Shown: positions 9,946 to 20,089, counted from the first letter of the stretch. The stretch: DNA of 64,000 nt from Abditibacterium sp. (GCA_965199495.1 CBDASK010000003.1:4544001-4608000); one strand, 5' to 3'. The notes: a model not told the origin generated them from the letters alone. Made by a program: numbers and translations.

Positions 9946-10647
9946 TTAGGCTCTTAAATTAACTTCAAATCCCGCCGCGATTTTCTCCAAAACCGCAATA
10001 TTATCGCGCGATTCGCCTAAAAATGGCACCTGCGCCCAGATGGGCAAACCCGTCATTTCGCGCAATAATTCGACGTTGGTCGCAGCAGCCACGTCGCCTT
10101 CGTCAATCGGCGCGGCGTCATTAAAAATCAACGATTCAATGCGCGGCGCCGATTTGACCGACAACAGCGTGTGATTGATCGTGCCCAGGGTGCGGCGCGC
10201 GACCAAAATAATCGGGCAATCCAAATCGTTGGCGAAATCGCGCGCTGTCCAGATGCCGTTTTCGTCTTCGCCAATCGGAACTTCCAAACCGCCAACGCCT
10301 TCGACTAAAACGACATCGCAGCGCGATTTCAATTGATCAATGGCGTCGTGCGCGCACCCGCGCCAATCGGCAGTTGAAACGTCCGCGCGGCGCGCGGCGA
10401 CGAGCGGCGCGAGCGGTTCTTCTAAAGAAATCGCGTTAATTTTCCACAACGCTTGAGGCAAATTTAAAATGGATTTGAGATAAAGGGCGTCTTCGCTTTG
10501 CAGTTCACCGTCGCGCCATTGGCAACCCGAAGCGAACGGTTTGATGACGCCGACGTTCAAACCTAATTGTCGAAACTTGAGCGCGAGCAAAGCCGTAACG
10601 ACGGTTTTGCCGACGCCGGTATCGGTGCCGGAAATAAAAAAAGTCAT
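9946..10647 (-). CDS. bioD: Dethiobiotin synthase
   Basis: FISGTDTGVGKT P-loop, KPFASG, VEGVGG, LGTINHTLL. Confidence 0.95.
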   Translation of the reverse strand: MTFFISGTDTGVGKTVVTALLALKFRQLGLNVGVIKPFASGCQWRDGELQSEDALYLKSILNLPQALWKINAISLEEPLAPLVAARRADVSTADWRGCAHDAIDQLKSRCDVVLVEGVGGLEVPIGEDENGIWTARDFANDLDCPIILVARRTLGTINHTLLSVKSAPRIESLIFNDAAPIDEGDVAAATNVELLREMTGLPIWAQVPFLGESRDNIAVLEKIAAGFEVNLRA

Positions 10648-10760
10648 TTCGGATGTCAGATTTCGGATGTCAGATTTCGGATAAAGGCCGAAGCCAGTTG
10701 AACGATAGGTAACTTGCTTCAAAGCATCTGAAATCTGGGATCTGACATCCGATTATCCGA
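10648..10760. repeat. Inverted array of short tandem repeats (TTTCGGA/TGTCAGA units)
   Basis: TTTCGGATGTCAGA x2 plus TTTCGGA on the left; TCTGAAATCTGGGATCTGACATCCGATTATCCGA on the right. Confidence 0.7.
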
Positions 10761-10763
10761 GAC

Positions 10764-11267
10764 CTATTCCCAGTTCCAGCAGGTGACGAGCGGTTGTTCG
10801 CTTGTCCATTTGGAGGCCGGTTTTTTGCGGCCCTGCGAGTCTTTGGTCATCAGTTGAGTCATCGCTTCTTCGATGCGAAACATCGCGACGAGCTGGGGAT
10901 GCGGTTCGGTGGGATGGGTGAATTCCTGCAATTTCTCGTGGAATTTGACGACGTTTGGGCAACCATCGGCGACGGTGTCCCAATCCAAATCGCCGCACAA
11001 AAATTCGGCGTAAAGGTCGCGGCGCTTTTTGGCGGCGGCTTGCGAGCGCTCCAGCCCGCTCCACATGCGGCACAGCTCGATGAGCAAATCTCCATTGATG
11101 CCCAGCCCTAATTTGCCTCCGCGTTTGCGCAGTCCCATCGCGCTTTGCAGCAGCGTGCGGTCGACATCGTCGGTTTCTTTGCCCAACTCTTTCTCGCGCT
11201 GATCCAAAATCCAGCCTTCTTCCTCGTTGATCGCTCTGCCGTAATACAAAAAGTCGTGTGCTTCCAT
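10764..11267 (-). CDS. Hypothetical protein (167 aa)
   Basis: ATG start, protein-like composition, closely packed behind the hydantoinase B gene; no family recognised. Confidence 0.65.
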   Translation of the reverse strand: MEAHDFLYYGRAINEEEGWILDQREKELGKETDDVDRTLLQSAMGLRKRGGKLGLGINGDLLIELCRMWSGLERSQAAAKKRRDLYAEFLCGDLDWDTVADGCPNVVKFHEKLQEFTHPTEPHPQLVAMFRIEEAMTQLMTKDSQGRKKPASKWTSEQPLVTCWNWE

Positions 11268-11278
11268 AATTGAGTTAT

Positions 11279-12829
11279 TCAGTTTTCCGCCCGTCCCCAG
11301 CCTCCACCGCCCGGCGTGGCTATGGTCAAACGTTCGCCCGTCGCGAACTCTCGCGTAAATTGCGCGGGCATCGCAGACATGCTTTCTAAGTTTGTCAGAT
11401 TTCGCCCAACTGCGCCCTGTTTTCCCTGATTTGCCCCCGGCGGCGCCGTTTCGCGCCGCGTCGAAAGCATCGTCACCGTCGCGTCGCGCAAAAATTCATA
11501 TTCGCGCACCAACCCATCGCCACCGCTATTTAAACCCTGACCACCCGAACCTTGACGAACACAGTATTGCGTCACTCGGAGCGGAAAAGCACGTTCGAGC
11601 GCCTCAACCGGCGTATTGAGCGTGTTGGTCATATGAGTTTGCACCGCGCTCGCGCCTTTGCGCACCGGTGAAGCGCCCGCGCCGCCGCCCAGCGTTTCGT
11701 AATACGTCCACGGCGCGCCGTTTTCATCGGTTCCGCCCATCGTCACGTTGTTCATCGTGCCCGCGCTGCACGCCGGAATTTGATCGGGCAACGCGTGCTG
11801 CATCGCTTGCGTAATTACGTCAACGATGCGCTGCGAAGTCTCGACGTTGCCACCAGCCACGGCGGCGGGCGATTGCGCATGAACAACGCTTCCACGCGGC
11901 GCCACAACCGAAATCGGCGCGAAAGTGCCTGAATTTAACGGCACATCTTCGCCCAGCAAACACGCGACAACATAATAACACGCGCTGAGTGTTATCGCCT
12001 CGACCGCATTCAAACTGCCCGCGACTTGTGGCGCAGTGCCGCTAAAATCGAAACCAATCGAATCGCCGTCAATCGTCATTGCCAACCGAATTTCGGCGAG
12101 TTCATCGCCGCATTCCAAAACGTCAGCCGCGCAATAAATTCCGTCCGGCCAACTCGCGATTACAGCCCGCGAACGCTTTTGCGCGTAAGTTTGCAGATGG
12201 CGCGCGTAAGCCATTAATTCGCCGTGGCTACTGTTCGCGGCGAGTTCGCGCAAACGTTCGTCGCCGCGAAAGAGCGCCGCGAGTTGCGCTTCCAAATCGC
12301 CGCGCCGTTCGTCGGGCGTGCGCGTGTTGCGCAAGATTATTTGCCAAACCGCGTCATTGCGTTTGCCGTTTTCGACTAAAAGTAGCGGCGGAATGATCAA
12401 ACCTTCCTGATAAATTTCGCGAGACAACGGCAAACTGCCCGGCGACATGCCACCAATATCGGCGTGATGCGCGCGATTGGCGACGAAGAAATCGGGCGTA
12501 TTATTTCCGCAAAAGACCGGCGCGACAACGGTAATATCGGGCAAATGCGTGCCGCCCGCGAATGGATCATTGAGAATAACGACATCGCCTTCGCGCCAAG
12601 CAGCCACGGCACCGCGCGCGGCGGTGACGCTGGCCTTCATCGCGCCCAGATGAACCGGAATATGCGCGGCCTGCGCGACTAATTCGCCCTGAGCGTCGAA
12701 AATCGCGCACGAGAAGTCGAGCCGTTCTTTGATGTTGGGCGAAAACCCGGTGCGTTTCAAAGCCTCGCCCATCTCTTCGGCGATGCCCGCGAAACGATGG
12801 CGGTAAAGTTCGAGTGTGATCGAATCCAT
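11279..12829 (-). CDS. Hydantoinase B/5-oxoprolinase family protein
   Basis: SPNIKERLDFSCA, HIPVHLG, NDPFAGGTHLPD, HHADIGG, TNTLNTPVE, TPGGGGWG. True start is probably ATG 12829, because the ORF-track extension reads through a repeat. Confidence 0.93.
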   Translation of the reverse strand: MDSITLELYRHRFAGIAEEMGEALKRTGFSPNIKERLDFSCAIFDAQGELVAQAAHIPVHLGAMKASVTAARGAVAAWREGDVVILNDPFAGGTHLPDITVVAPVFCGNNTPDFFVANRAHHADIGGMSPGSLPLSREIYQEGLIIPPLLLVENGKRNDAVWQIILRNTRTPDERRGDLEAQLAALFRGDERLRELAANSSHGELMAYARHLQTYAQKRSRAVIASWPDGIYCAADVLECGDELAEIRLAMTIDGDSIGFDFSGTAPQVAGSLNAVEAITLSACYYVVACLLGEDVPLNSGTFAPISVVAPRGSVVHAQSPAAVAGGNVETSQRIVDVITQAMQHALPDQIPACSAGTMNNVTMGGTDENGAPWTYYETLGGGAGASPVRKGASAVQTHMTNTLNTPVEALERAFPLRVTQYCVRQGSGGQGLNSGGDGLVREYEFLRDATVTMLSTRRETAPPGANQGKQGAVGRNLTNLESMSAMPAQFTREFATGERLTIATPGGGGWGRAEN

Positions 12830-12859
12830 GTTTTGGGTTATTTGGTTTTTGTCGAGATT

Positions 12860-13091
12860 GGTCGTTTTGCGATTATAGGTTTGAGGAGAGCATTGACTGC
12901 TGCCCCTCACCCCAGCCCTCTCCCACAGGAGAGGGAGCCACTTACTTGCGAGCAGTGGCGCGAGGAACTGACTTACAAGCCAGTTCTTGCAGCTCATACT
13001 CTCCAGCGAGTGGCTCCCTCTCCTGTGGGAGAGGGCTGGGGTGAGGGGCAGCAGTCAATGCTCTCCTCAAACTCATAATCGCAAAACGACC
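12860..13091. repeat. Large palindromic element with CCCTCACCCCAGCCCTCTCCCACAGGAGAGGGAG core
   Basis: Near-perfect inverted arms of about 80 bp around a spacer of about 65 bp. Confidence 0.85.
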
Positions 13092-13130
13092 CATTCTTCG
13101 CTTTCCCCTAAAATCCTACTCAGCGAAAAC

Positions 13131-14235
13131 CTATTCTTCGCCCACCGTATGTTCCAGATACGCATAAATAAACGGGTCAAAATCGCCGTCCATCACACCG
13201 GGAATATCGGCGGTTTCGTGGCTCGTCCTCAAATCTTTCACCAATTGATACGGCTGAAAAACGTAGTTGCGAATTTGACTGCCCCACTCGTTCGACAAAA
13301 CTTCGCCGCGCAAACTGGCGATATGTTCGCGCCGCTTGCGCCATTCCAACTCGAACAATTTCGATCTTAAAACGCGCATCGCGACTTCCTTGTTTTGCAA
13401 CTGCGAACGCTCGTTCTGACACTGGGTGACAACGCCGGTCGGAATGTGCGTGATGCGAATCGCCGTCTCGTTTTTCTGCACGTTCTGGCCGCCCGCGCTC
13501 GACGCGCGAAAAGTATCAATGCGCAAATCTTTGTCGTCAATTTCGACTTCGACGGTATCGGCGATTTCGGGCACGACATCAACTGAGGCAAAGCTCGTCA
13601 TGCGTTTGCCCTGCGAGTTGAACGGCGAAATCCGCACCAACCGATGCACGCCCGCCTCGGCCTTGCAATGGCCGTAAGCGTTTTCACCCTTGATAATCGC
13701 CGAAAAACCTTTGAGTCCAGCTTCGTCGCCGGGATTTTCTTCGATGACTTCGACGCTAAATTTTTTGCGGTCGGCCCAGCGCAAATAAGCCCGAACCATC
13801 ATCTGTGCCCAGTCCTGCGCTTCGGTTCCGCCCGCTCCGGCGTTGACCGAAAATATCGCGTTATTGGCGTCGTATTCGCCCGAAAATAATAATGTGCGCT
13901 CGAAAGCGCGGTATTCTTTGTCGAGTTGGGAAAATTCGCCGTCAATTTCTTTCGCCATGCTTTCGTCGCTTTCGGCTTGCGCCATTTCGACCAATTCGAG
14001 CAAATCGGCGGCGCGTTTATCGAGTGTGTCGAACGGCAAAACAAAGGCGCGGCCCGCCGAAAGTTGGCGCATAATATCCTGCGCGTTTTCGGTATCGTTC
14101 CACAAATCGGGGTCTTCGGCCTGCGTTTCTAATTCGGTTAATTGTGATTTTCGTTGAGGCAGGTCAAAGACCATCACCCTTGGCGCGCAACCCTTGGCGG
14201 ATCGCTTCGAGCGCATCTTTCGTGTGTTCTAACAT
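13131..14235 (-). CDS. prfB: Peptide chain release factor 2 with programmed +1 frameshift
   Basis: SPF and GGQ motifs. ATG 14235 gives 23 codons ending CTT TGA C (14169-14163), and the +1 frame continues DLPQRK. Confidence 0.96.
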
Positions 14236-14275
14236 TGCGATTTAAGTTAAGCAGGATTTGGCCATGAAAGAAGAT

Positions 14276-15133
14276 TTACAAAGTTTTATACCAATCGGAA
14301 TCTACACTAACCTCTTCGACAACTTGGGTTGTAATACCAAGTCCTAACTCTCTCAACTTTTCCGCGAGTTGTTCACCATCCACCAAATCGATTGGCGGGG
14401 CGCCATCACGGATAGCTTCTTTAATGGCGTCTCTGGTGAAAGTGCCAGTTGTGACGAATAGTCCTTTATCGGCGCGCCCAACCATTGCACCGCGAAAATC
14501 ACGGATTGCGCTCGACGAAACCGAACCTTGATATTTCTTACATTGAAATATAACGTGAAAACTGAGCAATCCATTGATACGAGCGATACCTTTTCCATCT
14601 ATGCCACCGTCGCCGCTTCTTCCAGTAACTTCGACTTGCACAAATCCTGATTCGCGTAAAAGGCGTTTCACCAAACGCTCAAAAGCGTTGGCATCCATTT
14701 CTTGGGTCAGAATGTGGTGCAGTTGCTCTTTCCAAGTTAAGTTCTCTGTGGATGCAATTTCGTTATCCGCATCATTAGCAGCAACCGAAATGTTTTTCCC
14801 GACCTTATCCATTTCGCGCACAAAGCGCACAACTTCTTTATGATTAACTTTTTCGATGTGGCGTTTATCAGGCACAATTGCCCATACACCGCGACTGGAA
14901 TTTTCTAATATCCCATACTTTTTTAAGTAAGTGCGCGCCCATGCAAGACGATATCCGATTTCTGTTTGGTTGCTCTTTTCAGCGTTATGCGGCACATTCA
15001 AAATATCTTCGGGCAGATTCGTAATTTCGGTGACTTTCTCGTAAATTTCTTCAATCGATCCAGAGCCTCCGAGTTGTTTGAGCGCCTGCAAAAGCGGATT
15101 CATCAAGAGTTCGTAAGGCGGGATTTGTTTCAT
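14276..15133 (-). CDS. mrr: Mrr-family (type IV) restriction endonuclease
   Basis: Mrr N-terminal domain (YRLAWARTYLKKYG...SSRGVW) and catalytic domain (FERLV...SGDGGIDG...QCKKY...IRDFRG...LVDG); visibly AT-richer than neighbours. Confidence 0.92.
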   Translation of the reverse strand: MKQIPPYELLMNPLLQALKQLGGSGSIEEIYEKVTEITNLPEDILNVPHNAEKSNQTEIGYRLAWARTYLKKYGILENSSRGVWAIVPDKRHIEKVNHKEVVRFVREMDKVGKNISVAANDADNEIASTENLTWKEQLHHILTQEMDANAFERLVKRLLRESGFVQVEVTGRSGDGGIDGKGIARINGLLSFHVIFQCKKYQGSVSSSAIRDFRGAMVGRADKGLFVTTGTFTRDAIKEAIRDGAPPIDLVDGEQLAEKLRELGLGITTQVVEEVSVDSDWYKTL

Positions 15134-15167
15134 AATGTTTCGTTTTTCAGATTCTACGCACCCTATT

Positions 15168-15280
15168 TTACTCCAACGCCTCGTCCAACAGATACGCCAA
15201 AACCAGATTCGTCGTCGCCACAAATCCATCCAAATGCACGCGCCAGATTTCCATAACGCGTCGCTACTTCTGCAAATAGC
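15168..15280 (-). pseudogene. Duplicated, internally deleted 3' end of the M42 peptidase gene
   Basis: Encodes RVHLDGFVATTNLVLAYLLDEALE* versus RTHLDGLVATTNLVVAYLLDEALE* at the 3' end of the intact gene (from 16977). Confidence 0.85.
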
Positions 15281-15442
15281 CCGTTAATCCAGTGTTATTA
15301 CCTTGACTTATTTTATTTTTTCATGATAGATTGACAACAAATTGGAGTTATCATAAAATCATCGTGGCTTCGCTATTCATATAACTTTAAGAGTAAAAAT
15401 TGTGCAGCCGCCGTTGGAAAACCATTGAAAAAGGAGAATTTC

Positions 15443-16903
15443 ATGTCAATCAATCTCGACCTCAAGCGAATCGATGCGAACGCCGCACAATTTGCCCCCA
15501 TGCTCAGCCACTTGCAGGGCAACATTCTGAAGGGGCACGGACGCGACCACACCGTCCATTTCTTTTTGCGATTCAACGTCACGGGAACGCACGCGCGTTC
15601 GCATGTGAAGCAGTTGGCGAACCGCTATGTCACTTCGGCATTGAAGCAACGGGACGACAGCAACGACTTCAAAACTTTTGGTATTCCGGGCACGCTCTTT
15701 GGCAACCTACTGTTATCCAGCGATGGCTACCGCGCCCTTGGTTTTACCGATGCCGAAATTGATGAGGCCTTCGATCAGGAACCGGTGCGTAGCGCGGGCG
15801 ATGCCGTAAAGTCGTCCTTCAAAACGGGCATGAAAGAATTCGCTCAAGACGATTTCAATGACCCGCCCGTTATAGATTGGGAAGAGGGTTTTCAGGGTCG
15901 CATTGACGCGATGCTGCTGTTGGCCGACGATGATCCGCAACTGTTGTTGCGCGAGGCGCACGCGGCGCTGGGACGTTTGCGGGAGTTTTGCGACATCGTT
16001 CATGTCGAACACGGCCACGCGCTACGCACGCCCGAAGGCGAAGGCATCGAACACTTCGGTTATGTGGATGGGCGCAGTCAGCCACTTTACTTTAGTCAAG
16101 ACTTCAATCAGGACGAAGGGCCAACCGATGTGTGGGATCCCGCTGAACCGTTGAAACGTGTTCTCGTGGCGGATCCGATGCTTTCGGTCGTTGGAGCCAA
16201 TGCAGCCGATGCCTTTGGCTCTTACTTCGTTTTTCGCAAACTCGAACAGAACGTGTTGGGTTTCAAGACGCGCGAGCGCGAGCTGGCCGAAGCCTTGAAT
16301 TTGGCGGATGTCGAGCGCGAGCGGGCGGGCGCGATGGCGGTTGGACGTTTCGAGGACGGCACGCCGGTGGCTCTATCGCGGAGCGACGGATTTGTGCCCG
16401 TCAAAGACAATAACTTCACCTACGACGTTGATGCCGACGGACTCAAATGTCCCTTTCAAGCTCACATTCGCAAAGCGAATCCGCGCGGTGACATCGAGCG
16501 CAAACTCGTTCCCGGTGGCGACCTCGAACAGTTGGAGCGCAGCCGCCGCGTCACGCGACGCGGCATTCCTTTTGGACAGCGCGACACCCATCCGCAATCG
16601 TTCCAGTCACTCGATGAATTGCCCAGTCACGGCGTAGGGTTGCTGTTCATGTGCTTTGGATCCAGCATCGCCAATCAGTTCGGTTTCATGCAAAAGTCGT
16701 GGATTAACAACGCGGACTTTGTGCTTCCCGGCACTGGAGTTGATCCGGTCGTCGCAGAAAATGACAGTGCGCCTGTGCCGCAAGAATGGCCCACGGAATG
16801 GGGCAAAAACGGAAAAACGCCGTTCTCCTTTGAGGGGTTCGTCCATTTCAAAGGCGGCGAGTTCTTTTTTGCTCCCAGCATTCCCTTCTTTAAAAAGTTG
16901 TAG
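15443..16903 (+). CDS. DyP-type (dye-decolorizing) heme peroxidase
   Basis: LQGNILKG, EHFGYVDGRSQP (GXXDG), CPFQAHIRKANPR, RRGIPFG, GLLFMCF; AAGGAG RBS before ATG 15443. Confidence 0.92.
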   Translation: MSINLDLKRIDANAAQFAPMLSHLQGNILKGHGRDHTVHFFLRFNVTGTHARSHVKQLANRYVTSALKQRDDSNDFKTFGIPGTLFGNLLLSSDGYRALGFTDAEIDEAFDQEPVRSAGDAVKSSFKTGMKEFAQDDFNDPPVIDWEEGFQGRIDAMLLLADDDPQLLLREAHAALGRLREFCDIVHVEHGHALRTPEGEGIEHFGYVDGRSQPLYFSQDFNQDEGPTDVWDPAEPLKRVLVADPMLSVVGANAADAFGSYFVFRKLEQNVLGFKTRERELAEALNLADVERERAGAMAVGRFEDGTPVALSRSDGFVPVKDNNFTYDVDADGLKCPFQAHIRKANPRGDIERKLVPGGDLEQLERSRRVTRRGIPFGQRDTHPQSFQSLDELPSHGVGLLFMCFGSSIANQFGFMQKSWINNADFVLPGTGVDPVVAENDSAPVPQEWPTEWGKNGKTPFSFEGFVHFKGGEFFFAPSIPFFKKL

Positions 16904-16924
16904 AAGATTGGATTAATCCCATTG

Positions 16925-16962
16925 AAAATCCTGCCTATATGGAAGTCGGCAGGATTTTTTTG
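16925..16962 (+). terminator. Intrinsic terminator between convergent dyp and peptidase genes
   Basis: AAAATCCTGCC...GGCAGGATTTTTTT. Confidence 0.8.
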
Positions 16963-16976
16963 GTCGTCGTTTTAAA

Positions 16977-18032
16977 TTACTCCAACGCCTCGTCCAACAA
17001 ATAAGCCACGACCAAATTCGTCGTCGCCACCAACCCGTCCAAATGCGTGCGCTCGACGCCGTGCGTCGCGTCAACACCCGGCCCGATGAGAGCCACGCGC
17101 GCGTCGGCGCCCGATTTCCATAAGGCGTCGCCGTCGCTGCAATAGTGCGGAAAGGTGTCAACGACCAAATCAATATCAAACTCGCGCGCCAACCGTTTCA
17201 GACGGCGGCGCATTTTTAGGTCATACGGGCCGTCGTCGTCGCGCGCGCAGACGGTGCAACGATGTTCGTCGCTGTGCTGGCCTTGGCCGGTTGGCGCGAT
17301 GTCGAGCGCGAGCATTTCGTGAACTGCGGACGAGACATTAGTCGCGCCGCCATGACCGACTTCCTCGTAATTGGGAATGTGAATCGTTGTGTTTTGCGCC
17401 GGTTTGAGTCCGGCATCGTGCAAGGCTTTGACGGCAGTGAGCAGACAAGCCACGAGCGCTTTGTCGTCGAGAAAACGCGCGCGAATATAATCGTGATTCC
17501 ATTCGGGCGACGAATCGAACGCAACACAATCGCCCACGCAAACGCCCAATTTTTCCAGTTCGTCGCCCGTGCGCGCGGGCGTGTCCAAGCGCACTTCCAT
17601 GTGCGCGTCGTCGCGCGGCGTTTCGCCGTTGCCGCTGGCATGAATGTGATGCGAAGCGTTGGTCACCAAAACAACGCCGCGAAATTCGGTGCCGTCGTCG
17701 GTCGTGACCGTGACGGTTAAGTTTTCGATGCTATTCCACGAGTAATTGCCCAACTTGGCGAGCGTAATTCGTCCGTTGGGTTTAATCGCTTTGACGACGG
17801 CGCCCAGCGTATCAACATGCGCGGTCACGGCGCGCGGCGCGCTGTCGGATTTGCCGGTCATTTGTCCGGTCACGACGCCTTTGCGCCCGACTTCGACGCG
17901 GAAATCGAACTGGCACAAAAGTTCGACGCACAAATCGGAACCACGCTGAGTGAAACCAACGGGCGAAGGTGTATTGAGCAGACGGGTCAGCGTGGAACGC
18001 AGGTAAGAAATATCGAGAGACGGCAGAGACAC
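16977..18032 (-). CDS. M42-family metallopeptidase (aminopeptidase)
   Basis: PSPVG, AHVDTLG, RFLDDK, YEEVGHG, ATHGVERTH; start uncertain (GTG 18032 chosen). Confidence 0.9.
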   Translation of the reverse strand: MSLPSLDISYLRSTLTRLLNTPSPVGFTQRGSDLCVELLCQFDFRVEVGRKGVVTGQMTGKSDSAPRAVTAHVDTLGAVVKAIKPNGRITLAKLGNYSWNSIENLTVTVTTDDGTEFRGVVLVTNASHHIHASGNGETPRDDAHMEVRLDTPARTGDELEKLGVCVGDCVAFDSSPEWNHDYIRARFLDDKALVACLLTAVKALHDAGLKPAQNTTIHIPNYEEVGHGGATNVSSAVHEMLALDIAPTGQGQHSDEHRCTVCARDDDGPYDLKMRRRLKRLAREFDIDLVVDTFPHYCSDGDALWKSGADARVALIGPGVDATHGVERTHLDGLVATTNLVVAYLLDEALE

Positions 18033-18085
18033 GAAGGCGCGCTGTTTTGCACGCGGCGTGCCATAAGTTTTGATTCGCCACAAAG

Positions 18086-18212
18086 TTAACAGAAGAGAAC
18101 GAAGAAATTAAACGTAAAAACACGAACATAAATTGTGGTTCTTCTACATTTTAATTTCTTCGTATTCTCTGTGCCCCTCTGTGCGTTCTCTGTGAACTCT
18201 GTGGCTAAAAAC
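18086..18212. repeat. Imperfect inverted repeat with CTCTGTG tandem units
   Basis: CTCTGTGCCCCTCTGTGCGTTCTCTGTGAACTCTGTGG array; ACGAAGAAATTAAA pairs with TTTAATTTCTTCGT. Confidence 0.6.
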
Positions 18213-18254
18213 ATTCGCAATTTCGCTAAATATCGCCATACTGGGGCGACGACT

Positions 18255-19346
18255 ATGACAATCGGAATTTTAGGCGGCGGCCAGCTCGCGCGCATGTTGG
18301 CGTTGGCGGGTTATCCGCTCGGTTTGCAATTCAAGATATTCGACGCCGCGCCCGACGCGCCCGCCGGACAACTCGCGCCCCTCCTCGCCGAAGACCCCAA
18401 CGACACGCCCGCGCTGCTGTGGTTTTCGCGCGGCCTCGATGCCATCACCTACGAATGGGAAAACGTGCCCGTCGCTTCGACGCGTTATTTAGAGCAGCGC
18501 GTCCCGGTTTTCCCGCCGCCGCGCGCTTTGGAAATCGCGCAAGACCGCGTCATCGAAAAAACCTTTTTCCGCGATTTGGGCGTGCCCGTCCCGCCATTTG
18601 TCGCCGTCGAAACGCGCGCCGAACTGGACGCCGCCGTCAGCGAATTGGGCTTGCCGTGCATCTTGAAAACGCGACGTTTTGGTTACGACGGCAAAGGCCA
18701 ATTTCGTCTCGAAACGCCGCGCGATATTGATAAAGCGTGGCAAGAACTGGGCGGCGTGCCTTTGATTACGGAAGGTTTCGTGCCGTTTACGCGCGAATTA
18801 TCAATCATCGTGGCGCGCGCGCAAGATGGCGAAAAGCAGTTTTATCCGCTCGTCGAAAATCATCACGCGCAGGGTATTTTGCGATTGTCCATCGCGCCCG
18901 CGCCCGATACTGCCGACTTACAAGCCACGGCGCAGGACTACATCGCGCGCATCGCCGACGAGTTGAATTACGTCGGCGTTTTGGCGCTCGAACTGTTTCA
19001 AGTCGGCGACGAATTATTGGCCAACGAAATCGCGCCGCGCGTGCATAATTCGGGACATTGGACAATCGAAGGCAGCCAAACCAGCCAATTCGAGAATCAC
19101 CTGCGCGCCGTGGCTGGCTTGCCGTTGGGCGCGACAAACATGAAAGCGCCGTTTGCCGCGATGATTAATCTCATCGGCGTTTTGCCGCCTTTATGCGATG
19201 TTTTGCAAATTCCCGGCGCCAGCGCGCACTATTACGGCAAAGAAATTAAGCCGAATCGCAAAGTCGGACATATTACGGTTGTTGCGCAAACGATGGACGA
19301 ATTGCGCGAGCGGATTGCGGCGGCGCAAAAATTGGCGAAAATTTAA
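18255..19346 (+). CDS. purK: N5-carboxyaminoimidazole ribonucleotide synthase
   Basis: IGILGGGQLARM, GYDGKGQ, NEIAPRVHNSGH, RKVGH. Confidence 0.96.
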   Translation: MTIGILGGGQLARMLALAGYPLGLQFKIFDAAPDAPAGQLAPLLAEDPNDTPALLWFSRGLDAITYEWENVPVASTRYLEQRVPVFPPPRALEIAQDRVIEKTFFRDLGVPVPPFVAVETRAELDAAVSELGLPCILKTRRFGYDGKGQFRLETPRDIDKAWQELGGVPLITEGFVPFTRELSIIVARAQDGEKQFYPLVENHHAQGILRLSIAPAPDTADLQATAQDYIARIADELNYVGVLALELFQVGDELLANEIAPRVHNSGHWTIEGSQTSQFENHLRAVAGLPLGATNMKAPFAAMINLIGVLPPLCDVLQIPGASAHYYGKEIKPNRKVGHITVVAQTMDELRERIAAAQKLAKI

Positions 19347-20089
19347 AATCCTATCGAGGTGCCGGGGACAAACTCTGGATCGGCATTGGGCTTCAAGGCG
19401 CGCGCGGCAAATTCAGCGATTTTGGGGTCGTCGGATTTGAGCAATGGTTCGATGGCCGCAGCCACGTCATCGTTCTGGAAGTCGCCTACACCATGACGCT
19501 GAGCCATATGCGACAAATTTCTAATACCCGTAATCACGTCTGATGTATTTTTGCTTTCGAGCAATGCGGTAGTTTGCTGCCAAACGATTTGCTTTATATC
19601 GCCAGAAACAGGCGCATCATCGGGCGCGAGCAAAGCGCCCTGAGAATCAGAAGAGCGAAAAGGTAAGCCATAAAGTTCAAGAGCAGACCATTCGAGAGGA
19701 AACCATTCGTCTGCATCGCGAGCGGCCCACAACAGATAAGAGCGTCCGGGAAGAAATTCATAAATTGTGACGCCGCCGTTCGCAACAATCAACGGATAAT
19801 TTTGGGCCGACGATTTACAATGAAAGTCGAATTCGTCTTTCGCTTTCAAATCGCCTTTTAAAACTGAGACAACGCGAAAGTGAGTCACGGCATCAACTGG
19901 CCCGCTAAACCGACCGACGAAGAGGTTTTTCGGCTCGGCTTTTTCCGTTGAAAGCGCGGTTACTTTCACAATAATTTGAGCTTTCTCGTTGAGTTTTTCG
20001 ATTGGGAGCGGCGGATAAACGGGGCTGGCGTGCGCCGGGATGCTTATCGCGGATAAAGCAAACAGAGCGAGAATTAAGAGCTTGCGCAT
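19343..20089 (-). CDS. Hypothetical secreted protein
   Basis: Sec signal peptide (MRKLLILALFALSAISIPAHA); no family recognised. Confidence 0.7.
   Translation of the reverse strand: MRKLLILALFALSAISIPAHASPVYPPLPIEKLNEKAQIIVKVTALSTEKAEPKNLFVGRFSGPVDAVTHFRVVSVLKGDLKAKDEFDFHCKSSAQNYPLIVANGGVTIYEFLPGRSYLLWAARDADEWFPLEWSALELYGLPFRSSDSQGALLAPDDAPVSGDIKQIVWQQTTALLESKNTSDVITGIRNLSHMAQRHGVGDFQNDDVAAAIEPLLKSDDPKIAEFAARALKPNADPEFVPGTSIGF

Noticed and set aside
12830..13370. N-terminal extension of the hydantoinase B ORF (to 12997) and ORF 12987-13370 sharing WLPLLWERAGVRG
   Set aside because: Both are translations of the two arms of the palindromic element, not protein paralogy.
14170..14216. ORF-track start of prfB at 14216
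   Set aside because: The real N-terminus is in another frame (ATG 14235), joined by the CTT-TGA frameshift.
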